DNA from: Squalus acanthias | Lineage: Eukaryota | Assembly: GCA_030390025.1 (NCBI GenBank) | Contig: CM059427.1 | Span: forward strand, 132,494,001 to 132,558,000 | Direction of reading: 5' to 3' | DNA length: 64,000 nucleotides | Shown here: positions 52,646-64,000 of the stretch, piece after piece | Layout of the letters: each line of letters starts with the position of its first letter | Numbering within the stretch: position 1 is the first letter of the stretch | Position numbers and translations under genes: made by a program | Notes under the pieces: model-generated | Told to the model about the DNA's origin: nothing | The model's input: the letters and a program-made list of their open reading frames with translations, nothing else | Databases searched by the model: none

Positions 52646-53641
52646 CTCCTCCTGCATAAGGCAGATTTTACATAAGCACAAAAACAAAACAATACAATAA
52701 CTTAAAAGCAGTTAAGAATATAGCAACACATTGAAAATGCAGCCTGGTATCAAATTATTTTAGGGTTTTTCCTCCTTGACTTGATTAACAATGTTCCTAC
52801 ATAATTAATTACCAACTGCTAGATTCCAAAAAAGCAATCAACACTTTTAGCTTAGGCAAATGTTGCAGTTATGCAGAATAACTATTTACTTTGAGCCTAC
52901 TTACTATATCACGTCAATGATTTAAAATTCTAATTTGGGTTCAATAGTACAAAGGGTTAAAATACTGCCCATGCCTTTGGTATGGGTTTTAAAGCAGTCC
53001 TAGCTGATAAAAGTATTTTGCTCTCTTGGCTCGAAGAGTCCTATGAGTTTGGGTTGCTCCAGCCATGTTTCTATGAATCCGAGGCCACAACTCAAAACTG
53101 GCATTAATTAGCAATCTCACTCAACATAAGGATGACTAGTGTTAGAAACTAAAAAAATAATACTGGTGTTGTAGGGGTGCACTTTTGAGGTTCAGTAAAG
53201 GGGGCTTTGCTCTGCATGTGGTGGTGTTGTACCTGACCTGAGAATTCTTAATGTTTATGAAATGGGAAATATCCAATACTTACAAAAATGTATCCCCAAA
53301 ATTGTTCAATTCCAAATATAACTCCTGATTTACTCAGAATAAAAACAAATGCAATTACAAGCTGTTCATTTAATGTAAGGGAATGATGTTAAATGCTCTG
53401 TGATTAAGTTTACTTATCACAAGGCACCAGGATTGAGCTTATATAGCAAGTTTAACTAATAACCATAACATAGTAAAGATACCTTTCCATTTAGGTTCAG
53501 AATCTTGTACTGCTACAGTGCTAAATACCTACTAAAGGCAGTGTGAGATACACCTACTTAAATAAAACCATGAAGGAAGTAATCGAATTGTAAAGCAAAA
53601 CAGTGGAGCAGGACATGGGGACTCCCAATTTGTTATAACAC

Positions 53642-53785
53642 TAGAACATAAACAGGAGCAGGAGTAGGCCATACGGCTCCTCGAGCCTGCTCTGCCATTC
53701 AATAAGATCATGGCTGATTTTTAACCTCAATATTTTCCCGCCCGATCCCCATGCCCTTTGATTCCCTTTAGAGTCCAAGTTATGA
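53642..53785 (-). mobile_element. CR1 3' tail fragment
   Basis: aggagcaggagtaggccat...gagcctgctctgccattcaataagatcatggctgat is the reverse complement of the tail at 9720-9790. Confidence 0.88.
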
Positions 53786-55105
53786 CTATAGTACAAGCAA
53801 GGCGACTGATTTATGGTTTTCACCAGGGGGGGGGGGGGGGGGAAAATCACAATAAACAAACTGCCAAACAATAGTGAAAATCCTGAAATTCCCTGTAATA
53901 ATTTGGGCCCGAAATATAAATGGTTCGGAATTGCTGAATGTGATCCCCAAAACATTGGTAAAAGTCTCAGAATTGCAAAATAACAAAGTTTGACTTATTT
54001 GATCACAGTAAAAAAAATTTTTTCCTGATCATCAGATATGTTGGTAACAAGTCTCACTTCTTAATTGTGTTGTTTTATTAGCAGAAACCAAATACTTATT
54101 TGGGAGTAGGGGGAAATGAGGGTGAAAAACCCAAGGCCAATACAGCAAATGCTATTGAAAAACCACACTGACAGAAACCTGGCAGCAAGTCTTATCAGCC
54201 AGGCAGAATACAAGTAGAAAATAAAAATTGAATCAAACAAGTGAAAAAGAAAGTATCTGTAGTAGCAGTTGGTTATCAGGCAAACATTCCAATAATAAAA
54301 AGTGCAGTTAATTTAGTTTCAGTTTTCAAATGTGAGTCAATACAATAGTATACCACTATACAGATATGTTGGCCAGATTGATAGAACACTACCGTCTCCA
54401 TCATCTTGGTGGATTGGGGCAAACTTTGGAGTTGAAGCAAAGGAACGTCCCTACAGCTTAGAGAAAAATCAAGGACGAGAATCTAGGCGCTCTCATGTAC
54501 CGTCTTCTAGCTAGCTCAATAGTGATGACAGGCCAGGGAATGGATCACCGATCCTCTTGGTCAGAAAACTGTGTGCAACATAAAGGGACCTAGAATATAT
54601 TGTTTTAAATGGATCATTTACACATTTACTCTACTATTTAATATGCACTACAGTAGGATTTGTTACTGGAGAAAGTTGATCTAAAGTACATGAATAGTAT
54701 CATTTACTTCTGTATAATCTAAGTGCACTTCATTATTTTTCAGAAACAGCATATATTAAATCTTGCTTTGAACAAATTTGACTCTTTTGCCTCTTTAGAA
54801 TGTATCAGGTTGTTCAGACTACATAACCACAAATTAAAATCACAGATTCACAACTGGTTTGGAATTATTGTAAACTGGACTTTTTCCTCTGCAAGTAGAG
54901 TAAACAAATATGTTACACTTCAATTCTAAACTGCACACTTGATTACCATCTGTCACTCTTTAAAAGAACTGCTCCATTTTGAGCTATCTATGTCCAATAC
55001 TTTAAGAGCAAGGTCTGAAAATGTAGAGCATTTAAATACGTTATAAATTGCTATGAATAGGAAAACCTGTTGCCATTTCTAATTCTTCCTCCTTGGACAG
55101 GAGTC

Positions 55106-55300
55106 TGTTATTTGTATTCAAGTGGTGTACCTCAATTGGGCGTTAATTGTATTCAGGCTCAGGAAGTGGGTGCAAGCTTATCTTGGGGGTGCACAGTGGT
55201 GCACAGTATGTAATGTGTTTCACTGTAAATAAAGGCTTGTAAGCAACTAAAGACTAGGCTCTAGTATTCAATCCTTCACCGCCTGGCTATCCGACGAATA
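55106..55300 (+). mobile_element. Possible short solo LTR
   Basis: Starts TG, has an internal AATAAA (~55228) and agtc on both flanks. The canonical CA end is missing. Confidence 0.3.
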
Positions 55301-58300
55301 GTCTTTACTTGCAGAATGAGCATCGCAAGAGCACAAGAAAGGAGTTTTTCCATTCATTATGTTGCATGCTTAACCTCAAGTTTACTTTAACTATGAAAAC
55401 AAATTGTCCTAATTGCTATTTAAACAAGCAACTGCATCAAAGGGTTAATGTCCCTTAGATTAAAAGGAACATCTTTTACTTTGGACAAATTGACTTTGTG
55501 CCAGAGTCTTAATGATAATTTGTCATCATCAGTTAATTACTACTGCTAGATCTGTAGTATCAAAAGACGCCCCTTTTTGAAACTCATTTGACTGATGCAA
55601 TGTGATGCAAGAAACTAATGTAAAACAAGGTTTGACTGCCATAGACAGGATCCTCTGAAATTCAGATACATATGAAAAAAGGTTAATACCAGTTATATTC
55701 ATACAGGTAAGATATTCTAGCTACCATCAGTCTCAAGTTAATAGACACAGGGGGCATTGTGAAAAGTGAGGCTTGAAATGACTCAAGACTCAAAAATATT
55801 CAGTATGGGAATACTAATAGTAGGCTGCTTCAGGACTCTACATAAAACAATTGCCATGTTGCATTGGACAACAAGTAATTGCCTCTGTGAACTTTCAAAC
55901 CTGATTGGGGAAGAGTGACAATACAGTAAATATGCCACCTTTCAGTAACTGTATTGATATTATTGTCAATAATGGTTGAAATTAACTTCTGAGATTTCCC
56001 TCTACTGCTACAAGATATAAATTCATTCAAACAACCCTCCTCAGTCCACCAATAATATTCCAAAGTGTTGGGTTATACTAGCTGTTGCACTGTGACAGGT
56101 GGCTACATTCTCACATTAAAATGAAAATATATGATTAAGTGTTCGAATTACATACCACAGGACGACTAGGAAAATGATTTGATCTACTGTCTTCTGGGCA
56201 GGATCTGTAATTTTATTAAACATGATGACAATGATGATATGTGCACAAATCTTGAAAATTTGGGGCAAGAGAAGAGAAAAATAAACTTTGCAAGCTATTT
56301 GGAAGCTGGTTTACATAACCTGTCTAAGTGCAAGGTGAGGCATGTACTTTGCATGGAAAAGGAGCGAGAGGGGCAAGATGCTAGGCAAATAAAATTGATA
56401 GTTACTTGCCCTACAAACAGAAGTTTAGAAATAACTCTGGTCCTGTGCTGGCCCTTTCTAACATTTCAATTTTACAAATCACAATACAAGTGCTGTTGCA
56501 CTACGTTAGAATCAATAGTTAATACTCACTATAAATTTTTAAGGGCCCAACAGTACTTCTACATCAGCAAGAAAAACTACAAGTTTTATTCCAAGAATAT
56601 CTTGTAAAATGTTAATCTGGGAATTTCCTCAATGCTACTTAATTATATATATATCCATTAAGTTATTATGCAATGGGAAGCTTGCAAGTGTGTATGGTCA
56701 GCAAAAGTCAATGTCGTGGTATTCCTGTATTATAGTTGGATAATCTCAAAAAAATTATCTGCAAGCCATGTTCATCTTAAAAGTACATTCCAACAAAATA
56801 GTCTACCACCAAAGATTCTCAAAAGGAATTTATTAGGATTGTGAAAATACAACAAAAAATATTTCTAAAACTTCTAAAATTAACTTCATTTCTGACAATT
56901 AAAAATTAAATCAGCACCATGCTTAATTGATATTAAATGGCAGTAAATCAGTCAAATATTTTAGGTAAAGTTTTGAAACAGACTGGAAAGATAATGGTAT
57001 CACATTTTGACACTTAGCAAGTTTTACAAACTGAGACTTTAAACTTAAAGCAAAAAAACTTACTAGCATACTATTTTTGGTTTTCTTTTAATTGGTTCCT
57101 ACTCATATACTGTAAACAGTAAATTAATTCCAAATTTGACTCCTTGCCAAAAAATGCATTTCTTTATGCACAAGCATTTTTCTTTGATAATAAAAGTGTC
57201 TTGCTTCAAAAAAGTTGGTAAAGATTGGAATTTACCGATTCAAATTTTAGAACTTTTAACTTTTAACTAGTGTACATCAGTCAGGCTCGCAAAGGAAAAT
57301 GGGGGAAGAAACAAAAAGTACAAAATTAATATTTAAAAATCCCAGTTATTGCACATCACTCATCTACTAAATTTGCATCACGACACCTTTTGAATCTGTG
57401 GCACCTTGCAAAATGACGGCTATAAATGCAGCAGGCTTCTACTCTTAACTTTTATGCACAATTCAGGCCAACTCTAGCTGCTTGGCTGCAAGTCAAATGC
57501 ACTGCAAAATATAAGGTTGAGTTTTCAAACAGATAGTCCTACACTGAAAGTCTGCACAGATTTAAATCTGAGGAAAGCCATTTTGTGGAACATTTTTTGA
57601 GCCATTGCTTGTATGAAAATAGCCACATTTGATGTTTATTTCCATCGAGAATATGGTGGGCTTCAGACAAGGCAGAACGGCTTTCAGTAAATACTATTCA
57701 AGCCAGTATTAACAGCCTTGGTCTGATTATAGCCAATGTGTCTTCGAACTGCTGCACTGCAAAGCTGCTGGCACTTGAAGCAAACTGGCAAGCACACAAA
57801 TTCAAAATCACGTACAATACATGAGTGGAGGTGGGGCAGATTTCAGCTCACGACTTAAAACAAGGGCTGCCACAGCAATTGTTATATAGTTTGTAAATCA
57901 TTCAAAAAATGTACTTTTATGAAATAAGTCGTCTATAATCGGATTTGTGTGAAATGTATAGTTTATGCTTCTAGTTATTAACCTCTTCTACAATCTTGGT
58001 TAAAATCGAGCAAAATTACATTTGATTGCATTTATCGATCTTGTCTGCTACAATTTTGTTTCCAAATTAAGTTTCCACCTGTGTGAAATCTGTTACGGTG
58101 TGGGTTGGATTACTTTATCCCAGCTTGGCAGTAGTATTGGATAAATCAGATTCTGCATGACTTGTTTGATGTTAACTGCAAACAAGGGGCGTGCGGGGGG
58201 TTGGGATGGGAATCCATCAACAAATTTGGATGCCTGATCAAGATTTTTGTTCTCAAGCAATTGCCTATTCTATATATTAGATGCAATATAAACAAATTTT

Positions 58301-60392
58301 AAAAGGAAACCTTATGTAAATGTATCTAATATTCAGGACTTACTTCTAATATGTTGATCTGTATAATTACAATTGAACAGCAATAGGGTTAGTGATGTTT
58401 ATTGCCCAGTTTCACACTAGTTATAACACCGCTGCTGAAACGTTGTGCTACATGAATATAACTACTCAGATTACAGTAGCACCTAATTGTTTTTGCAAGT
58501 AGTAAAAGGCAACTGGCAGGGCAAGTACTGGCAATGTCTGTTAAACTCAGTATTATAAAAACATACAAAAAAAAGGATGCATCAAATGTTACAATAAAAA
58601 TTACTTAACAATACAATGTCATTTGTGTTGAATCTTGGAAACCCTCAAGTGGTAGATGAGAAATATCTAGATTCACAACTATCAAGAAATACCTACAATA
58701 AATGGCTAAACTCTCCCACTAAACAATGAAATATGAATGTGCTTAACGGTAATATTTAATACCCCATGTATACATTTTACTGTACAAATGTTCAAGAAGG
58801 ATTTAAAACATTCCTTATGCAAGGTGTGGCTCTGATTCAAATGACTTGAGCCAGGAATTATTGTTTACACATGTTTAGAACAATGCAGCCCTTGCTTCAC
58901 TCACGACGGAAAAGCATAGTTCTGAAAACTTTACCACAATGGTTGTAGAATTCTATAAACAAACCACACAAAAGCCAAATAGTCTAAACTATATAACAAA
59001 GAATTTTATCTCTACATAATCCCAAATGACAAGGTCACAACTGACTGAAGAACTACAGAAAGAAAGCTGGGGAAAGCCCAGAAAGAACAAAACAAGACCT
59101 TTACAGTGATTAGTGATCTAGAATGTATGTAATACTTTCAACTTGCCAGCAACAGATAATGCACACGAATGCAACAGTCACTAGCAACCAGTAAGACATG
59201 TAAAACATTTTTATAGGTTGTACTGCAAAAAGAAAACAAACCAATTATGTATATAGTGTTAATACTGTGATACTATAAAGTGCAGAATAATCTGTGCCTT
59301 TAGAATGTTCTAAAATACGATATTAACCAAACAGGAAATGTAATCTGGAAGAGTTGGCCCCCTTAAAATGTTGTCATTGACATGTCACTCACTCAGATTC
59401 CACTTAACATTAAGTTGACCCCTTCCCCCTACAAAGCAAATAAATGCAATTTCCTCTCTTTACAGGTAACAGTAATTTAGGCAATAGCTTGCTACATGAA
59501 TGCACTCACATTAAACGTTCCCTATCAATTGTTAATTATGTACCATCTGATAGAATGCATATAATTTGACAACTAATCTAAATACATTAAATACCAGTAA
59601 CTCACATTCACAGTTAAGAGCAAAATTATCATAAACCTAACTTAAAATGTGCTACTTGCTTTGTTAATCATAGGTTAACATTTGTCTGTAAAAATCAAAC
59701 GACTTTGCAGTTTTCATTTAAATGCCTTTTTTAATAATTTGCTTCATGTTCACAGAAGTTCCACTGACCAGTTTTATATGTTTAAGGTCCAGATGCAATG
59801 CATATTGTATAAAAGAGAGCACTTAATAGTTTTACCTTGCATGAATAAACCTATGTACCTTTTAACTCTACAGACTTCTGCANNNNNNNNNNNNNNNNNN
59901 NNNNNNNNNNNNNNNNNNNNNNNNNNNNNNNNNNNNNNNNNNNNNNNNNNNNNNNNNNNNNNNNNNNNNNNNNNNNNNNNNNNNNNNNNNNNNNNNNNNN
60001 NNNNNNNNNNNNNNNNNNNNNNNNNTTATTTACGTGTTCTTCTAAAATATCTCTCATTTTGTGCTAAGTCAAATGTTAGCTCACATGAAAAGGACTTATT
60101 TCATTATAATTCAGCATATTATCTGACGATTGCAAACACTTTTAATAGCTTGAACGTGTACAAAAGTCTTGGTTAATTAGGGAAATAAACACTCAGTTTT
60201 TTTTATCAAGTAGGAAACACAGTTCATAATGTTATTACTTAGCAGCTGCTTACGGTTTACACGGTTGATAAGTGGACGAACATCCAGCGATGGGTGACAA
60301 GTCGAACTGTCAGTTGTGGAGGTTTGGTGGGCGGTGCTCCCTCGGAGTTAAACAGTTACAGTTTTACAGGAAGTGTTTTTATTACAGTTATA
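55300..60392 (-). other. Probable long PURA 3' UTR (extent uncertain)
   Basis: AT-rich and lacking recognisable LINE/SINE sequence immediately downstream of the PURA stop. Mammalian PURA has multi-kb 3' UTRs. The 3' end cannot be determined from sequence. Confidence 0.5.
59883..60025. other. Assembly gap (143 N)
   Basis: Run of N. Confidence 1.
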
Positions 60393-61193
60393 TCAGTCTT
60401 CCTCCCCATCATCTCCGGGAGCTTCTTCTTGCTGTTCAGATCTTTTCTCCCGCTGTTTCTCCTGTATTTTCTTCATCTCCTCTGCGTATTTACTGAAAGT
60501 ATTTCCAAACTTGGCCCACACTTTGTACGGTATCGTGATAGAATTGCGGTATGATGGTTTCACCTCACTTACTCTCATAAAAACGCCATACTTGTTTGAC
60601 CCAACGTCAAAGAAAAATCGCTTGTTGTCCACAGTGAGAGATGTCCCTTCGGGCAGCTCAGTGGGTTCCTCTTCGATGCCATAATCGTCGATTAGTTTAG
60701 CGAGTGCATCACGGAATTCAATCAGCCCCTGAGCGGGTAGGGCGATAGTTTGACCCTGCGAACCAAGGCCATGTCCCCGGTTCACGGTCTGGCGGATCCG
60801 TAGGAACCGGCCCCGTTGGTTCTCTTTTAAATCCATGTAATATTTGCGGTTTTCCCGCACCAAGAATTCACTTTTCAGAGCTCGCCTGGGCTCGTCCGTC
60901 TGCATGTCCGGGTTACTGGGGCCGAGCTGTGCGTAATGTTCGATGAAATCGCCCAGGTAGTCGCGGAACTCCACGGCAACAGACATGGAGAGAGTTAGGC
61001 GACTTTTATTGCCTCCTGCGCCCACCTCCGCTATCTTCAGGAAACGGCCTTTTACATTCTGCTTCACGTCCAGGTAGAAGCGCTTGTTCTGGATGTCCAC
61101 CCTCTTGGAGGCCAATTCCTGCGTCTCCTGCTGCAGCTGCTGCAAGCTCGAGCTGGCCGCCCCTTGCTCGCTTCCACTGTCTCTATCCGCCAT
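60393..61193 (-). CDS. PURA: Transcriptional activator protein Pur-alpha (266 aa, single coding exon)
   Basis: The N-terminus [11 protein letters not shown] and the three PUR repeats ([21 protein letters not shown]; [31 protein letters not shown]; [27 protein letters not shown]) match vertebrate PURA rather than PURB or PURG. Start context is accatcATGG. Confidence 0.97.
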   Translation of the reverse strand: MADRDSGSEQGAASSSLQQLQQETQELASKRVDIQNKRFYLDVKQNVKGRFLKIAEVGAGGNKSRLTLSMSVAVEFRDYLGDFIEHYAQLGPSNPDMQTDEPRRALKSEFLVRENRKYYMDLKENQRGRFLRIRQTVNRGHGLGSQGQTIALPAQGLIEFRDALAKLIDDYGIEEEPTELPEGTSLTVDNKRFFFDVGSNKYGVFMRVSEVKPSYRNSITIPYKVWAKFGNTFSKYAEEMKKIQEKQREKRSEQQEEAPGDDGEED

Positions 61194-61230
61194 GATGGTA
61201 GCCTTCTTCCAAACTCCCAGCAGCCGGCGT

Positions 61231-61320
61231 TCTCGCGAGACTGCAGCGAGGGAAGAGACACTCCGTTAGAACCTTGCTCATTGGTGGAGCTCGCCAGAAC
61301 ACCGCGCCGCCGGCCAATCA
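61231..61320 (-). promoter_or_regulatory. PURA proximal region: TCTCGCGAGA motif, two CCAAT boxes and a candidate 3' splice site
   Basis: Perfect palindrome TCTCGCGAGA at 61231-61240; ATTGG at ~61280 and CCAAT at ~61313. The minus strand reads CTAAC...tgtctcttccctcgctgcag ending at 61241. The surrounding sequence is CpG-rich. Confidence 0.6.
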
Positions 61321-63199
61321 CTAGTTGCTTTACAAGCGTCCTACCTCGCGGTCTGCCTCCAACTGCTCAAGTATCGCGGAAAGCAGCTGCTGGCTGCCCT
61401 CGACAAAGTGAGACATTGAACCACCGACAATACGGGCGAAGTGATGGGAAAAGGATTTTGTTCCCGTTCGATTGCCATGAGGGTTTTTTTTTTAGCCGTC
61501 CCATTTTGCTCCCATAGGAAAAAATGTTCAGTGCTATTGAAACTCTCCCACAGTGATAACATAATATGCTAATCTTGCAATAAGTATTTATTACCTGATA
61601 ATTAAGCCAATTTTGATAAACATTTAGGGTCAACAAATGTTGAAACATAAACATAATGCCAAACGTAATGCAACTATGTTATTGTGATACATATAAATAT
61701 CAGCAGTTGATAACCAAAATGGCTGCATTCCCTAATGAATCCATAAAGCTATTACATACATAATATACAGTAAATAAATCAGAGGCACTTCATGTATTGG
61801 AACTCGTTCACTGACACTCCATCTAGTCGCTATTTTGTTTTGCACATGAAATATTATATATATCTCAAACCAAACTACAGTAATAGACATTACTTTTACC
61901 ACAAACTGGAAAACAATCAAGAAAATCCAAATTATAATAGATTATATTGCACTTTTCCTTTTTTTTAACTATTAATCAGGTTGATTTAAATGGGGCAATA
62001 TAGATAGTCCACCCCAAGTTACTACATTATTTTCACAATGAATTTGAAACTCTTCCCCATAATTGATGAAATGTGTACTGTTCCCTGATAAATTGGCAAT
62101 ATCTTACGTGAAATTACATTGCAGTAAACGAATGGTTGTACACTGCGTATTTTCACTAAGTCAATGTGCAATAATTGTATGTTTCATATTTGATGAGTTA
62201 TTCCACATTCAAAGCAAATTGCATTGCTGCCTTATTCTACCATCAATTTTGATTGAAAATGAATATCACAACATAAATGAAAACGATCGACACATTATTA
62301 AAGATGCTACAAAAATATAACTGTGAAGAAGAGCCTGGTAACACAAAATGATATTGTGGCTTTATTGTCCGTTTAGTAATGTTTACATGTTGTTTGTTAA
62401 AATGAAATTTAACAACAGTAGTTTGGGGTTTCAAGATTTTTTAAATTACTAGAATATAAATCTTTACATACTATATCTGATCAATTATAAACGTTTCTGA
62501 TCAATAACAAGCTTAACTTTTATGGCATTTCTTCAAACCTGCCCTACTTACTAGAATCCATTGCCTTCTCAATATGTTCATGATTAATAAACTAGGCAAC
62601 ATCATCTGTATTTTACGAAATGCTCCTGGAAATGATCCTAACAGATTGAAACTCAAAGAAAAGTCGACACGTTAGAAATCTTCACAGAAGGGGATCAATA
62701 ACTAGGAATATTAATTTCTATAAAGTATGTTTGTGATTCAGCATTAAAAGTAATGGAAGCAGTCGTGTATGTAATCGCAAATTCATCAAAATCGAATTGG
62801 TGGATAACACAGAGATTAATCTGTTAATATTATTTTCTACAATGAAAGTAAAGTTACACGAAGAAATCTAGCTCTCTATTCCAGAAGGTACGATTGAACT
62901 TTTCATTAAGTAGTCCTAATAATATTACATTTAGAAAAAGATACTTTGTATACTTGCATCGTTTTCAATGTTAGATGCGCGAGTATTTTGTTCGGTATAT
63001 TGAACTGTGGCAAATAAAATCACAGACCGGACGACAATTTAGGTTGCATAGTTTCTGATTAAATATTCGAACATGTTAAATCCATATTTTTTCCCATTTC
63101 AGGTAACTAATATGTCTACTTTTAATAAAACTTTGCATTGCATCGTTATTCCAGGAGATAATATGGCTGCTGGTGGATAGAGGTTGTCTAATCAGGAAA

Positions 63200-63280
63200 C
63201 TTCAGACATCGCAACTGTGTGGGGCAGGCTTGATGGACCAGATGGTCTTTCCCTGCCTGTCATTTTCGTAAGTTCGGATA
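63200..63280 (+). mobile_element. Short CR1-type 3' tail fragment
   Basis: ggcaggcttgatggaccagatggtctttccctgcctgtcattttcgta resembles CR1 3' UTR ends. Confidence 0.55.
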
Positions 63281-64000
63281 ATTTTGTAGCTTGAATTAAT
63301 AGGTTAACGTAAATGGAAACTAGATTAGTTCGGAAAGAGAACGGGTTTGAAAGCAAAACGATCGTGGTGTTTGGCAAAATAAGCTTCTGAAAGCGCAAAA
63401 TTCCCGGTTAATAAGCAACAAGCAATACTTAACGTTTTCTAAGGGGCTTCCGGAAAGCCTGATACCAACACTACAGTTAACAGTCTTAATTTTACCCACA
63501 GAGTAAATCCTTGTTTCTAATTTATATCATATCCAAATGGAAAATATGCTTTATAAAACCTCGTGAAGAAATTCGCCGCTCATTTTGAATAATTTTATTT
63601 AAACTTATCGGAAACGAAATTATTCAAACTCAAATATGTAGACAATGCAAAATATTTCCTTTTAAACTTTTTTTTATAACGGATTTATTTATTTCAGATA
63701 ATATATACACCATATGTATTTAATCAGCTTAAGACTTAAGCCGCGGTTGGTCGTGACTCCGTTTACTTTTTCATTTAGTAGGCAATATCCACGCTGAATG
63801 GAAACGTTGCATCTTTTTAAAAATAATTTAGTTACTCAAAAGATCAATATTAAAATGATTTAATTTGCCACTTTTTATTCCTCAGATTGTTCACTTGATT
63901 TCCGTAAATAGACAAAAGTCAGAATTTTGCAATAGCCAATGCCTTATCAGAATACCAGTCTTCCGCCTCGATCAGAACTTCTATTTCATTGTAAAGAATA

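Noticed and set aside
59682-60176. ORFs spanning the N run
   Set aside because: Their length is inflated by the assembly gap.
46000-60300. IGIP small ORF, expected downstream of PURA from mammalian synteny
   Set aside because: Only isolated 11-12 nt resemblances to the recalled sequence (near 46340, 48690, 51190), with no extendable ORF. A tblastn search would settle it.
60272-61269. Plus-strand ORFs antisense to PURA
   Set aside because: Shadow ORFs of a coding region with non-ATG starts and no independent support.

Overview
Vertebrate genomic DNA, very likely from a cartilaginous fish (shark-type CR1/L2 LINEs, Deu-domain SINEs, Penelope-type repeats). The only confidently recognisable gene is PURA (intronless CDS, minus strand, 60393-61193). 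It sits in a repeat-poor ~8 kb block that includes a 143-N assembly gap. Just upstream of the PURA ATG, a splice acceptor, a perfect TCTCGCGAGA motif, two CCAAT boxes and an overlapping uORF are packed into ~130 bp. The rest of the window is intergenic or intronic and rich in transposons. Two inverted copies of one non-autonomous hAT family bracket a CpG-rich segment; one copy has gained two CR1 LINEs, two minisatellites and two fold-back inversions. There are also two Charlie-like elements, several nested insertions, and a dispersed Penelope-like family carrying a minimal hammerhead-ribozyme core. Most long ORFs in the track are LINE remnants or minisatellite artefacts. There are no prokaryotic features and no CRISPR array. 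All alignments were made by eye.
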